This document shows positions 9,727-19,988 of a DNA stretch of 64,000 nucleotides, piece after piece. A model generated the notes under the pieces. That model saw nothing but the letters and a program-made list of their open reading frames with translations. It was not told where the DNA came from and made no database searches. The first letter of the stretch is position 1, and each line of letters starts with the position of its first letter. The stretch comes from a virus (taxonomy: Duplodnaviria; Caudoviricetes). The stretch lies in the IMG/VR virus record IMGVR_UViG_2806310702_000003, positions 1 to 64,000 of that record. The stretch is one strand, 5' to 3'. Position numbers and translations under genes: made by a program.

Positions 9727-10158
9727 TTATATCAAATCTAATGGTTCCCAATCTGCAAATGCAAATGGTATACTTTGTTCTCCATTCTTTCCAGCTTCCC
9801 AATCAGCAAGTGTTAATTCATCAAATGTACACTCTTTTAACCAAACACGTTCAACTCCAAAAGCATCAGGATCCTTTAAAACACTTTTTATATCAACAAC
9901 TGTTTGTTTTCCTTTTTTTAAATTGTCTGATATAAGTTTAATAAAATAACTTGTTACTTTATTAAACTTTATAGTTCCTTTACCACTTCTACCTACTATT
10001 TTTTTATGTTCTCCTAAGTCACCGCACATTTTTACGTCATTATACTTTAAACTTATTTTTGCTTGCAATGCAGTTGCCTCGGCTATTTTCTCACCGTTTA
10101 TAAAGCATTCTCCCCAAGTTCCATTTGCAACATTTTGTGCTTTATATTCCTGTGTCAT
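9727..10158 (-). CDS. Tail tube protein (XkdM-like)
   Basis: NGTWGECFING...LKDPDAFGVERV...FDELTLADWE. Confidence 0.9.
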   Translation of the reverse strand: MTQEYKAQNVANGTWGECFINGEKIAEATALQAKISLKYNDVKMCGDLGEHKKIVGRSGKGTIKFNKVTSYFIKLISDNLKKGKQTVVDIKSVLKDPDAFGVERVWLKECTFDELTLADWEAGKNGEQSIPFAFADWEPLDLI

Positions 10159-10171
10159 TTAATCACTCCTT

Positions 10172-11233
10172 TTACATAGCTATACTAAAGTTTAAGTCTT
10201 CCATAGCATCTAAAATTTTAACTTTTCCTTTTAAAAATACATTCGAACCACAAGTATTTTCTTCTATTTCTTGTTGTTTCGCAGTAGATAAATCTATTCC
10301 TCTTTTTTTCCAATATAATTTCATGGCTTCTATATTTACATGCACTTCATTTGATTTTTTAGCAAGTATAATACCTTTTTCTAATTCATCAAAATATCCT
10401 AAAACACTTAAACAAAACTCAACTTGATTATCATAACTATTTGGGTATTTACCTACATATTCATTTTCAAATGTTTTTCTTATGTCTGTGTACATTAAAT
10501 CCATAATAGATATAACTTTTATCTTTTTATAATCTTCACTCACACCTTCTCTAGTAGAAGTTAAGCTATTTACAGCTCTACCTATCTTACATTTTTCTCC
10601 GTCATTAATTAAAATTAACTCTCCCTTGTTTATTGCTTCGTTTGCATCACTTTTTTTGATATGTGGTACATCCGTAACCTCTGGTAATGCATAGTAAGTA
10701 GCACTTATATTAAGTGGTGTTCCAGCTATTATTCCAGCAATTCTTGAACAATATTGAGTATTTGTATAAGTCTTTTCTCCTACTTTTATATTTGTAGTAG
10801 TGAAATTAATAATTCCCTCGTAGTCTGCTTTACAACTAGGCAATACTGCTTGTACTTTTATACTTTCTTCTCTTAATCCTTTTATCCATGTTGCTACTTT
10901 ATCTGTTTCCCCCCTCTGGATACAAGGTACTGCTAAGTAGTCCCAAACTTCTGCTTCTAATACATTTAAAGCATCTTCTAATTTTCCTTCTTCTTTTAGA
11001 CAATAAAAAATAACTTTTTTAGGCGTTTTATATGCACCTTTAAATGCTAATTCTATTTGTTCTTTATTCCCTTCTTCTAAGCCTTCTGGAATATCTTTTA
11101 TACTTTCTAAATTAAATAATTTATCTTTTATATTTTTATCTTTTAAAATTAATGCGACTGTACTCTTAGAACCTTTTTCTATAGCGCTTTTGGCTAAAGA
11201 TTTAAAGACAATATCTATTTTAGGTAATCCCAT
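10172..11233 (-). CDS. Tail sheath protein (XkdK-like)
   Basis: MGLPKIDIVFK...SRIAGIIAG...KIGRAVNSLT...LDAMEDL. Confidence 0.9.
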   Translation of the reverse strand: MGLPKIDIVFKSLAKSAIEKGSKSTVALILKDKNIKDKLFNLESIKDIPEGLEEGNKEQIELAFKGAYKTPKKVIFYCLKEEGKLEDALNVLEAEVWDYLAVPCIQRGETDKVATWIKGLREESIKVQAVLPSCKADYEGIINFTTTNIKVGEKTYTNTQYCSRIAGIIAGTPLNISATYYALPEVTDVPHIKKSDANEAINKGELILINDGEKCKIGRAVNSLTSTREGVSEDYKKIKVISIMDLMYTDIRKTFENEYVGKYPNSYDNQVEFCLSVLGYFDELEKGIILAKKSNEVHVNIEAMKLYWKKRGIDLSTAKQQEIEENTCGSNVFLKGKVKILDAMEDLNFSIAM

Positions 11234-11237
11234 ATCA

Positions 11238-11663
11238 TCACTCCATTTCTATTTCTAATTTTCTCATTGGAGGATATTGTTTTTTATCTTCTAAGCTATC
11301 CAACCAATTAAGATTAAATCTAAAACTTAATATCCCATCAATTTCAGTGGATCTAACATTTAAAGGAACTAACTTTCTTTCTTTTATATTTATATAAGGG
11401 AAAACTTTCTTTTTTAATATATCTGACATTTTTATGTTATCCAATTGAGTTTTCTCTTTGCTAAAATAATTTATTTCTACCATATAAGAATTTTTTAGAG
11501 TATCTGATTTTAATAAATCTGTGCCGCTTATAGGCAAAATTTGAACAAAAAAAGAAGGCCTTTTAAAGCCTTCCTTTACACTATTATCTATTGTTTTAAT
11601 CCCTGTGTCTTTTAATAAATCATTAATTGCTTTTTTTATGTCTACTAAATCAATCAAGCGCAT
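11238..11663 (-). CDS. Tail terminator-like protein
   Basis: EGFKRPSFFVQ motif; upstream of sheath. Confidence 0.7.
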   Translation of the reverse strand: MRLIDLVDIKKAINDLLKDTGIKTIDNSVKEGFKRPSFFVQILPISGTDLLKSDTLKNSYMVEINYFSKEKTQLDNIKMSDILKKKVFPYINIKERKLVPLNVRSTEIDGILSFRFNLNWLDSLEDKKQYPPMRKLEIEME

Positions 11664-11666
11664 CCC

Positions 11667-12083
11667 CTACCTTAATATCTTTTTAATCATTTTTTCTATT
11701 TGTTTTGGAAATTCTTCTTCCATTTCTGCCATACTTCTTTCAACCATATGTTGTCCTTGTACAAAACCAATCTCTCGCCCAGTCTTAGTTACTAATCTGT
11801 GACCTTTTTCAATTAAATGAAAATGTGGTGCTTTATTAGTCATTTTGATATTCATACCATTACTTTCATATTCTATTGGAAATACCTTGTATGAATTCTT
11901 AATATGTCTTTTATCCTTATCCCTATAAGGAGTCTTTTCCTTTGAAAGTTTTCTTACTTTATTCATTCCTTTTTTTAAAGCCTTTTCCGAAAGGTCTGGA
12001 ACCCTTTTTTCAGCTTCTTTAAACTCTTCCATCAATTCACTTAAACCATTAAAAGAAAAATTTACATCACTCATTATTTTCAA
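11667..12083 (-). CDS. HK97 gp10-family neck/tail completion protein
   Basis: APHFHLIEKGH...FVQGQHM. Confidence 0.8.
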   Translation of the reverse strand: MKIMSDVNFSFNGLSELMEEFKEAEKRVPDLSEKALKKGMNKVRKLSKEKTPYRDKDKRHIKNSYKVFPIEYESNGMNIKMTNKAPHFHLIEKGHRLVTKTGREIGFVQGQHMVERSMAEMEEEFPKQIEKMIKKILR

Positions 12084-12399
12084 TTCTCTCAGTACACATT
12101 AATTCTAATCTTTCATTCAATTCGTAAGGATTTAAAATATAATTTATATTATATAACCTATTCTTATATTTAATAAACATATTAGTATTAATATCTTTTC
12201 TATATCTAATAGTAACTTTATATACTTGTTCTGCTTCAATCTTATTATTTTCTAAAGTTTCTTTGCCACGAAGTGGTTCTATTCTAGCATACAACTTATT
12301 TTTTATTTCTTTTAATTTTAATATAGTATCTTCAACTTCATTTTTTTCTTCAATAAAGGCCCATAAAGATACTTTTTTATTAAGTATTCCTGGATTCAC
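12067..12399 (-). CDS. Head closure protein
   Basis: MNPGILNKKV...EPLRGKE...KVTIRYR. Confidence 0.85.
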   Translation of the reverse strand: MNPGILNKKVSLWAFIEEKNEVEDTILKLKEIKNKLYARIEPLRGKETLENNKIEAEQVYKVTIRYRKDINTNMFIKYKNRLYNINYILNPYELNERLELMCTERIENNE

Positions 12400-12706
12400 T
12401 TTTAAACCTCCAGTACTCTGTTTCTAAAGAAGTTAGTATTGCTTCTAAACTAAAACTTAACTTAGCAGCATGTACACCAATTGCGTTTATACACCTATTT
12501 GAATACCATTCGCTTATAAGTAATTTTATAGCTAAGTTATATAATTCTTTAGCTTTTTCATCTAATAAATCATATATATTTTCATCTATGCCTGTAGATG
12601 TAAATATATATGATTTTGCAGCATTAAAAAAAGATGATATAGAGGAATCTTCCTCTTTATCATCTTCATCTATCCTTAAATATTGCTTTATATCTTTTAA
12701 TTCCAT
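12380..12706 (-). CDS. Head-tail connector (gp6-like)
   Basis: IKQYLRID...AIKLLISEWYSNR. Confidence 0.85.
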   Translation of the reverse strand: MELKDIKQYLRIDEDDKEEDSSISSFFNAAKSYIFTSTGIDENIYDLLDEKAKELYNLAIKLLISEWYSNRCINAIGVHAAKLSFSLEAILTSLETEYWRFKSESRNT

Positions 12707-12720
12707 AAAAATAACACCTC

Positions 12721-12903
12721 CTATTTAGCGGTGTTTATAGATTCTATTAATTCTTTTTTATTCTTAGTAGAATATCCTGGTATATTTTTTTCTTTAGCAA
12801 TATTCTTTAACTCTTCAACAGTCTTACTTTCCAAGTCTTTAGAATCAGCTAGCTCCTTTTCTTTCAATTCTGTATCTTTACTTACAGTAGGAGCCTTAGC
12901 TGG
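12721..12903 (-). CDS. Rho_N/HeH-like 60-aa domain, probable +1 frameshift extension of the capsid
   Basis: PAKAPTVSKD...KTVEELKNIAKEKNIPGYSTKNKKELIESI in the +1 frame from CCC AGC TAA; no good start of its own. Confidence 0.65.
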   Translation of the reverse strand, partial: PAKAPTVSKDTELKEKELADSKDLESKTVEELKNIAKEKNIPGYSTKNKKELIESINTAK

Positions 12904-14032
12904 GAGAATTTTTAGATTTTGCTATTCTAAAAGCAGATTTTAATTTGATTTGGTGATCAAACCATGCTGTTAATACAAAGCATTCCATACCAGTTTTAAT
13001 ATCTTTATCTCTTTCATAAAGCATATCTAAGTCATAATTAAAATGTGAAAATCTAAAGTCCCCTACAATTGGGTCCTTTGCACTGTCACAAAATATAGCT
13101 GGTTTACCTAAAACTTGTTCTGATTGAGCCGTATAAAGAGTGGCATTGCCATTAGCAAGTGTTTCTACAATCTCCATATAATCAGCATAGGTCATGACTA
13201 TTTTTGCATTTTCTCTATAGTCTTCATGTAAATCTGCTATAGCTGCTTTAATTGCTTTAAATTTATTTGCACCTTCTACAGTTTTTATTTTGTTTTGAGT
13301 TGAATAAAAGCTCATGTGTTCTTCTCCTGATTTTGGAGATGAAGCGAATGCAACTTTTCTTTCTTTTGCTGCTAAACCACTTTCTAATGCTGACTCTACA
13401 GTTTGAACAATATTTGTATTTGTTCCTCTTAGAATTGTTTCTGAAACCGGTGCAAACACCTTGAATTTGTGTCTAGCAAACTGTACCGTATCACCACTTG
13501 CTTGTAATTCCTTTGCAGTTTCAGTATCTGCTATAAAATCATCATTATCTAAAGTAAAAGTAATTTTAGGTACTTCTAAGTTTGTTTCATTTGTAAAAGT
13601 AGATATATCTCTTAATGGATTTTTAACAAATGGTTCATGTAATAATTCAGTTTGCATAGTTTTAGGTAAGAACTTTTCTCCACCAGTTGAATTATCAGCA
13701 CCTAAAGCATTTAAAATTTGTGGACTAACTGATTTATTAGCCATAGTTGCCTTTATTAATTCAGCTTTTGCATTAATAACTTTATTTTTAGGATCTTCTC
13801 CTAAATTTTTATTTTGTGCTGCTATTTTTTGTTGTTCTGCATTATCTAAAGCTTCTAATTGTGCTTTTAATCCATTAAATCTTTCTTCTAAATCTTTAAC
13901 AGTTTGTTTTTGCTCATTTCTAGCTTCTAACGTTGTTTTTGCATCTGCGTACATTTCTGTTAACTTCTTATTTTCATTTCTTAATTGTTCAGCGATACCA
14001 TCAAAAGTTTGTTGTAATACGAATCTATTCAT
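12896..14032 (-). CDS. Major capsid protein A (HK97 fold)
   Basis: N-terminal coiled-coil delta domain, GGEKFLPKT, PIVGDF. Confidence 0.92.
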   Translation of the reverse strand: MNRFVLQQTFDGIAEQLRNENKKLTEMYADAKTTLEARNEQKQTVKDLEERFNGLKAQLEALDNAEQQKIAAQNKNLGEDPKNKVINAKAELIKATMANKSVSPQILNALGADNSTGGEKFLPKTMQTELLHEPFVKNPLRDISTFTNETNLEVPKITFTLDNDDFIADTETAKELQASGDTVQFARHKFKVFAPVSETILRGTNTNIVQTVESALESGLAAKERKVAFASSPKSGEEHMSFYSTQNKIKTVEGANKFKAIKAAIADLHEDYRENAKIVMTYADYMEIVETLANGNATLYTAQSEQVLGKPAIFCDSAKDPIVGDFRFSHFNYDLDMLYERDKDIKTGMECFVLTAWFDHQIKLKSAFRIAKSKNSPS

Positions 14033-14035
14033 TTA

Positions 14036-14848
14036 TTATTCCCCCTCAAATTTTAGGTTTATTCTTTTTATTAATGCTTCTATTTCAGGATCTTTTATAA
14101 TCTTTGTATTATCTATAACTGCACTTCTCTTGTTATTATTTAAAATATTTTTAGGCACATTGTTATATTTATTAAAAAGATTTGATGCACAAGCTACTGC
14201 CTCTATATTTTCTTCTACAGTAATATTAAAATACTTAGATGCTTCTTCTCCAGTCATCCATGTTTCATTGTCCATTAATTTGGATAATTCTTCTTTAGTT
14301 ACGTCATTTTTTGCATTGGCTAAATATATATTTAATATATTTTCTTTACAACTATCTAAACAATCAGCTACTTCTCTTAGTTTTTTAGCATTATAACTGT
14401 CAAATAAAAAACATAAAGGATTATGTATCATAAAGTTTGCATAAGAAGGGATAATAACTTCATCACCTGCAAGTGCTATTACACTTGCAATACTTGCTGC
14501 TAAACCATCTACATGTACTATTTTTTTACCTTTATGTCTTTTTAACATGCTATAAATAGCAATACCAGCAAAAACAGAACCTCCCCCACTGTTAATGTAA
14601 ATATCTACATCTTTACTATTTTCTAATTCTTTAAGAAAATCCGAAACATCTTGTGGACATTTATCTTCTTCAAACCAATAGCTTTGCCAAGTTTCTGAAA
14701 CTATATCTCCATAAAAGTAAAGTTCAGCTTTATCTTCTGTTTGGTTTTTTATTTCTATTTTCCCTGTATTTTTAATTTGACCTGTCTTATCTTTTATTTT
14801 TAGTTCTAACACTTTACTCATAATTTCACCTCCTTTCAAATATATCAA
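14036..14848 (-). CDS. ClpP-type head maturation protease
   Basis: INSGGGSVFAG, DGLAASIASVI, MIHNP, ETWMT. Confidence 0.92.
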   Translation of the reverse strand: MIYLKGGEIMSKVLELKIKDKTGQIKNTGKIEIKNQTEDKAELYFYGDIVSETWQSYWFEEDKCPQDVSDFLKELENSKDVDIYINSGGGSVFAGIAIYSMLKRHKGKKIVHVDGLAASIASVIALAGDEVIIPSYANFMIHNPLCFLFDSYNAKKLREVADCLDSCKENILNIYLANAKNDVTKEELSKLMDNETWMTGEEASKYFNITVEENIEAVACASNLFNKYNNVPKNILNNNKRSAVIDNTKIIKDPEIEALIKRINLKFEGE

Positions 14849-14849
14849 G

Positions 14850-16019
14850 TTATTTTTTATCTATTAAATTACCTATTTTATCTATTGGACACATATCTCT
14901 AGATACATAATATACATTACCGCCTGGTATTGGTGGCATATCTTCAAGTGCTCTAATTTCATTAGCACAAAACCAACTTGATCTAATTCCCTTAAAATAA
15001 AAATTACCCCTGGTATTCATATCACCACGAGCAAATCCATTTAAAGACATTTTTACTTGTATTCCATTATCTCTTTGAAGTATAGTTAAACATTTTTTAC
15101 TAAATTCTTGTTCATACATTCTGGCCGTTGGTAGTATTGCATCTTTTATATATTCTAAGTCAGATTGTTCTGCACTAGAATATGCATTTTTACCAGCAGA
15201 TAATTTACCAATAGGTATATTGTAGGTTCTAGCTACTCTCGCAATAGTTATATCTTCTACTTCAAAAACTTTTGGATCTATAAAATTATTATTTTTTAAT
15301 TCTTGAATTTCTTTTCCTTGGTCGAGATACAAAATTCCATTTTTCTTAAATCTTTGTATCATTTCATCATATAAATCTAAACTTTCTTTACTTAATTTAT
15401 TTTGTAGTTTTATTACAACATTAGCTTTTAATCCATTTTTCATTTGGTTCAAAGAAAATTCTTTTATTTCCATATCATACTCTATAGTATTAGTAAGTAC
15501 ATCTAAAGGATTTATAGCAGTATAACCATCTTCACTTATATGATTTACGTTTATTACATGTGAACTATGAACATACACATCTTCATTGTTAGATTTAATT
15601 TTAAAATATAATTCTTTTGTATCTTTATCTTGTATAGGAGTAATATACTCATTTTTTAATATCCATATAGCAATTATATCATTGTAAGGGCCATATTCTT
15701 TTATTGCATATGCAGAACCTTTTATGTTTCTTATTGTTTCCATGCACCTAATAAATTGAAAAGTAGTCATATATGAGTTAGGTCCATATTCTAATAATCT
15801 AGCTAAGTTATTTTCTTTAGGAGTTAGTTTTTTATAATCCTGTCTTACAGAAATCGGTGCACTAGCAAGACTATTACTCAACATAGATACTGCTCCAAAA
15901 ATAGTTTCATTTGTTGCCAATTTTCTATTTGTAAAAGCAAAACCACTAAATCCACTGTCTATTCTTCTTACATAAGGAGTTTTAAACATAAAATTTCTTA
16001 TTTTATTAAGTATTCCCAT
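14850..16019 (-). CDS. Portal protein A (HK97 family)
   Basis: VARTYNIP, ARGDMNTR, NEIRALEDMPPIPGG. Confidence 0.92.
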   Translation of the reverse strand: MGILNKIRNFMFKTPYVRRIDSGFSGFAFTNRKLATNETIFGAVSMLSNSLASAPISVRQDYKKLTPKENNLARLLEYGPNSYMTTFQFIRCMETIRNIKGSAYAIKEYGPYNDIIAIWILKNEYITPIQDKDTKELYFKIKSNNEDVYVHSSHVINVNHISEDGYTAINPLDVLTNTIEYDMEIKEFSLNQMKNGLKANVVIKLQNKLSKESLDLYDEMIQRFKKNGILYLDQGKEIQELKNNNFIDPKVFEVEDITIARVARTYNIPIGKLSAGKNAYSSAEQSDLEYIKDAILPTARMYEQEFSKKCLTILQRDNGIQVKMSLNGFARGDMNTRGNFYFKGIRSSWFCANEIRALEDMPPIPGGNVYYVSRDMCPIDKIGNLIDKK

Positions 16020-16033
16020 GTATTCACCTCCTT

Positions 16034-17803
16034 CTATACATCAGGACTATAAAATATATCATTGCTTCCCTCGCTAAGTATTCCCATCATTCTTGCATGT
16101 GATATAGTAGTAGATACTGCCGCATCTATTCTTTCACTACTTTTCTTTTCTTTCCAAAGTTTTAAGTTTTCTTTTCTATCCTTATCTTCTACAGCACAAC
16201 TCATGCAGTAACCTAAAACCGGATTACCATCATGCAAAACTTCACCCTGATATACTTTCGCTCTAAAATCCTTTGTTGGTTCAGATAACATAGCAAAAGT
16301 TTGAGGTATTTCTATTGCAAGAACACCTAATTCTTCAAATTCATCAGCTATATCTTGACAATGCCAAGGATCATATGCTATTGAATCTAAATCAAAACCA
16401 TATTGTTTTTTCTTTTCTAAAATATAATCTATTATATATTCATTTCTAATTTTAGCACCTGGTATAACAGTTATATATCCTTGCTTTACCCATAAATCAT
16501 ACGGTACCTTATCAGTTTTTTTCTTATCTTCTAAAGTATCTTCTGGAATAAAACAGTGATTTAAAACTAATACTTTATCATTTTCTAAGTCAAATTCAAA
16601 TGTAGTAGATGTTAAATCTATTTTGTCTGACATATCTATACCAACCGTACATTTAATTCCTTTTAAATCTGGAATAGTTTCTACTTTACACTTATTCCAT
16701 TTTTCCATATCCATATATGGCTTATTCTTTTTTTGATTAGTCCATAAATTACATTGTTTTGTTAAATATTCTATTCTCTTATCTGTTCTTTCTTTAGCAG
16801 TTTTCAATTTATCCTTTAGTTTATCTAAACCTACCTTGTAGGTACTAACGATTGGATTAGCTTTAACTAAATTTAATATATCAAAAGGGTCATCCCCTTC
16901 ATCTATTTCGCAAATCATCACAAAATATTTATCATCATTTATATCTATATAGGGACTAAGTATTTTTGAGCAATGATCATATTCTTCCTTACATGGGCAA
17001 AATATTTTTCTTCCTGCTGTTGTTATTATTGCAATAAGAGGATTATACCTTGTACCCATACCACTTTCCATAACTTCGACAGGTTCACTAGTATCAAACA
17101 AATGATATTCGTCAATTACTGCTAGTTGAGGATTATACGAATCTCCTTTTCTTAAATCTTCTTTTGTAAATATTGTCATTATGCTATTGCTTTTTCTATG
17201 CAGTATTTCATTTGTACTTTCTCTTATTTTAAATTTTCTTCTTAAAATTTTATGACCTCTTATCATATTACATGCTTCATTGAATACTGCTTTAGCTTGC
17301 TTACTTACTGGAGCTAAACAATATACTTCAGAGCCTAAAACATGATATGGTGCTAATTCATAGGTTGTCATTCCAGCTAAAGTTTGCGACTTAGCGTTTT
17401 TTCTTCCTACCTGCTCATAAAATCGTTCAAATCTTCTATATCCTGTTTCTTTATTAATCCATCCATATACATTTCCTAAAACAAATTTAATAAATATATG
17501 TGATTTTATTTTTGTACCAGCTAAAGGTCCCTTACTATGTTTAAATTCCTCTAACCACGAGATAGCTCTTTGACCTTCATCTTCATCAAAATAATAAGGA
17601 AATTCCTCTGTATTTTCTCTAGACAAATCATTTAAAAATCTCTTACAAGCCCATTTATGTTTTTTACAAGCTATTATTTTTTCATCAAGTATTCTATTGC
17701 AATACTCAACTAGCTGTCCTCTTAAACTTAAAAAATTATCAAACTCAGTTGAATAATGGATATGTTCATCTAATTTACTATTAAATGTCTCCATATTTAT
17801 CAT
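16034..17803 (-). CDS. terL: Terminase large subunit
   Basis: VGRKNAKS Walker A, VIDEYH Walker B, ITTAG, GIDMS..DLT, RIDAA nuclease motifs. Confidence 0.95.
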   Translation of the reverse strand: MINMETFNSKLDEHIHYSTEFDNFLSLRGQLVEYCNRILDEKIIACKKHKWACKRFLNDLSRENTEEFPYYFDEDEGQRAISWLEEFKHSKGPLAGTKIKSHIFIKFVLGNVYGWINKETGYRRFERFYEQVGRKNAKSQTLAGMTTYELAPYHVLGSEVYCLAPVSKQAKAVFNEACNMIRGHKILRRKFKIRESTNEILHRKSNSIMTIFTKEDLRKGDSYNPQLAVIDEYHLFDTSEPVEVMESGMGTRYNPLIAIITTAGRKIFCPCKEEYDHCSKILSPYIDINDDKYFVMICEIDEGDDPFDILNLVKANPIVSTYKVGLDKLKDKLKTAKERTDKRIEYLTKQCNLWTNQKKNKPYMDMEKWNKCKVETIPDLKGIKCTVGIDMSDKIDLTSTTFEFDLENDKVLVLNHCFIPEDTLEDKKKTDKVPYDLWVKQGYITVIPGAKIRNEYIIDYILEKKKQYGFDLDSIAYDPWHCQDIADEFEELGVLAIEIPQTFAMLSEPTKDFRAKVYQGEVLHDGNPVLGYCMSCAVEDKDRKENLKLWKEKKSSERIDAAVSTTISHARMMGILSEGSNDIFYSPDV

Positions 17804-18272
17804 TTAACTCTTTTTCATCATCACTGATTAATTCAGTATTTATTTCAATTAATTTTTGCCTACTTGCTGGAGTTAATCCAAACTCCACCGAGTGTTTTTT
17901 TATTAGTTCAGAGTACTTAGTTTGAATTCTTATATATGGACTTGGAACTTCTTTAGTACTTCCATTTTTATTTGTTTCCATAACAGTTAGTGGTGAAGTA
18001 TTTAATGCAATTGTAGATTCTATAAATTTATCAAAAGCATCCGAAAGTACTGCTAAAGTATGAACATCTAAATTAGCTAATACCTGAACAGGCTCTAATT
18101 CTTTTGCTATCTCCTTAAATATTTTCTTACTTCTTTTATTTAACCATGTCGGTGGTCTTATTTTATCTTTTGGAAGTTCCCCTAAAATCTCTTCTTGTTT
18201 TTCTCTAACTTCCTTTTCGTCTTTAGTTAAATGTTTTTTTAAAGTTTCTGTTTTTTGTCTAGGTCTAGCCAA
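17781..18272 (-). CDS. terS: Terminase small subunit (P27 family)
   Basis: MARPR...KHLTK..., PPTWL, EFGLTPASR. Confidence 0.9.
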   Translation of the reverse strand: MARPRQKTETLKKHLTKDEKEVREKQEEILGELPKDKIRPPTWLNKRSKKIFKEIAKELEPVQVLANLDVHTLAVLSDAFDKFIESTIALNTSPLTVMETNKNGSTKEVPSPYIRIQTKYSELIKKHSVEFGLTPASRQKLIEINTELISDDEKELNDKYGDI

Positions 18273-18319
18273 AAATATTCCTCCTTTCTAAAAGATAACA
18301 ATTATTACTTGAAAATAAA

Positions 18320-18420
18320 AAATCCCCCTTTTACTCTGTAAAGGGAATTTTTCGTTTACTTGAGTGGGTCGCTGGTCTAGGAAACTTCCCCAAAACCTCC
18401 ACTATAGGGGGGCGTACCTA
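18320..18420 (-). other. Probable cos packaging region
   Basis: GC-rich patch (TACGCCCCCCTAT...GACCAGCGACCCAC) between HNH and terS, the usual cos position in HK97-like phages. Confidence 0.55.
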
Positions 18421-18881
18421 GTAGCCAAGTCCCTTAGCACCTCTTGCATAGCCTTACGCTCTTGTATGCCTTGCTTGTATACGCTATGTATCATGGCGTG
18501 AGTAGCTTCACTAACAGGTATGAGGTTTGTACTCTCTAGTCTAAGCTCCCAATTCTTATTTAGTTCTTCTATGTGATGTACTACACTAGCAAATACATCT
18601 TCTCTTCCATTTATATAATATTCATATAAATCAATTCCTTTGTGATCTCTTAGAACTTCTTCTCTCTTCTGCACCCATTCCTTAGTCTTGTAAAATTTAT
18701 GTTCTTTAGTATTTTTTCTTTCTTTATCATACTGTTCGTTATAAATTTTCTTTTCTATTTTTTCTATTTTTTTATGTTGAGTACAATAAACTTCTGTTTT
18801 ATCTATTAAATTATTACACCCAATTTTTCTACAAATTCTCTTAGGCATACTATTCTCCTTTTTGCAAGTTTGAAGTTCCAA
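18402..18881 (-). CDS. Terminase-associated HNH endonuclease (likely start ATG 18848)
   Basis: CRKIGC..YCTQH, FYKTKEW, VVHHI...NLIPVSEATH. Confidence 0.85.
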   Translation of the reverse strand: MELQTCKKENSMPKRICRKIGCNNLIDKTEVYCTQHKKIEKIEKKIYNEQYDKERKNTKEHKFYKTKEWVQKREEVLRDHKGIDLYEYYINGREDVFASVVHHIEELNKNWELRLESTNLIPVSEATHAMIHSVYKQGIQERKAMQEVLRDLATRYAPL

Positions 18882-18981
18882 TCTATCATATTGAGTTTAA
18901 CTATATAGGAAATTGTGTTAAATTCACACGTACTCCTCAAAGCACTTATATCACTAGCTTTCTTCTCTTTCTCAATTATCA

Positions 18982-19008
18982 ATTTAACATTATCTCATTA
19001 TGTTAAGT
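18982..19008. other. dif-like palindromic recombination site candidate
   Basis: ATTTAACATTA-TCTCA-TTATGTTAAGT just downstream of the tyrosine recombinase; right arm resembles the XerD arm TTATGTTAAAT. Confidence 0.55.
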
Positions 19009-19034
19009 TAAAGCTTGTTTTTAACAGATTTAAG

Positions 19035-19580
19035 CTATAAAAAACTCATATCTTTAACTGATTTATCTAGTTCATCTTGAAGAATTCCAATATATCTTAA
19101 TGTAACTCTTTGGTCACTGTGATTGAAAATTTCCATCAACTTTACAATATCTTTATGAGATTGATAATGCCAATATCCAAAAGTTTTTCTTAGCGTGTGA
19201 CAAGATATATGAATGTCAAAGAGCTCACCAAGTTCTATTAGAATTTGATAAGCTCTTATTCTCGTTATAGGATTATTACTGCCTTCTCTACTTGTGATTA
19301 AATACATGTAGTTTTCTTTTCCTTTGCAGTACTGATTTAATTCACCTCTAAGTTCTTTATTTATATAAAACTTTTTATTTTTTCCAGTTTTCTTTTCTAT
19401 TATTGAAATATGTGAATGTCCTCGAACATCTCTAACTCTTAATCTAAGAATATCTGATATCCTTAACCCTGTATGTATTCCAATAAAAAATAAAATATAA
19501 TCTCTTTTGTTTTCTCTTTTTAAATATCCTAAAATATCTTTTATTTTTTTCTTACTTCTAATAGGCTCAACACAATTCAA
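19035..19580 (-). CDS. Tyrosine recombinase (catalytic domain only)
   Basis: TGLRISD, EKKTGK, HTLRKTFGY, FNHS, TLRYIG. Confidence 0.92.
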   Translation of the reverse strand: MNCVEPIRSKKKIKDILGYLKRENKRDYILFFIGIHTGLRISDILRLRVRDVRGHSHISIIEKKTGKNKKFYINKELRGELNQYCKGKENYMYLITSREGSNNPITRIRAYQILIELGELFDIHISCHTLRKTFGYWHYQSHKDIVKLMEIFNHSDQRVTLRYIGILQDELDKSVKDMSFL

Positions 19581-19635
19581 TTACATCACCTTCACCTTCT
19601 CTCTACAAATATAAAAAAGCACTCAATTGAGTGCT

Positions 19636-19923
19636 TTACTTATTATCTAGCTTATTATTTATATCACTTAAAAGTTTTATTATTAAAAAGTTTTGCTCAG
19701 TTATTGCTCTTAAACAACTTATTTTTGCTATATCTTCATCTTTGCCAGTAATACTTATTCCAAAATCCATTAAACCTATTCCGGATAATCCTGTTAATAT
19801 ATCCCTAACACTTTCTTTATCTTTTAATTCTAAATTTTCAAGTCCATATTGCTTCATCTTTTTATTTAATTTTTCTAAATTCTTTTGTTGTTTATCATCT
19901 TTTCTTCCACTAAATAAACCCAT
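19636..19923 (-). CDS. Hypothetical moron protein
   Basis: 95 aa; RBS AGGAG, TTGTCT..TAAAAT promoter-like upstream, terminator 19616-19636. Confidence 0.6.
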   Translation of the reverse strand: MGLFSGRKDDKQQKNLEKLNKKMKQYGLENLELKDKESVRDILTGLSGIGLMDFGISITGKDEDIAKISCLRAITEQNFLIIKLLSDINNKLDNK

Positions 19924-19988
19924 GACATTGCTCCTATCTAAATAATATTATTTTATATATTATTCTTCATAAAAGACAATATTCCTTT

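Larger units (their letters stand above)
427..18881 (-). mobile_element. Phage morphogenesis module A (HK97-type head, PBSX/Xkd-type contractile tail)
   Basis: Uninterrupted canonical order: HNH, terminase, portal, ClpP protease, capsid, neck, sheath, tube, TMP, baseplate, fibre. Confidence 0.95.

Noticed and set aside
13461-14396. 311-aa plus-strand ORF and the many other short plus-strand ORFs opposite phage genes
   Set aside because: Antisense shadows produced by codon bias (F/L/S/I-rich); the minus-strand genes have clear motifs
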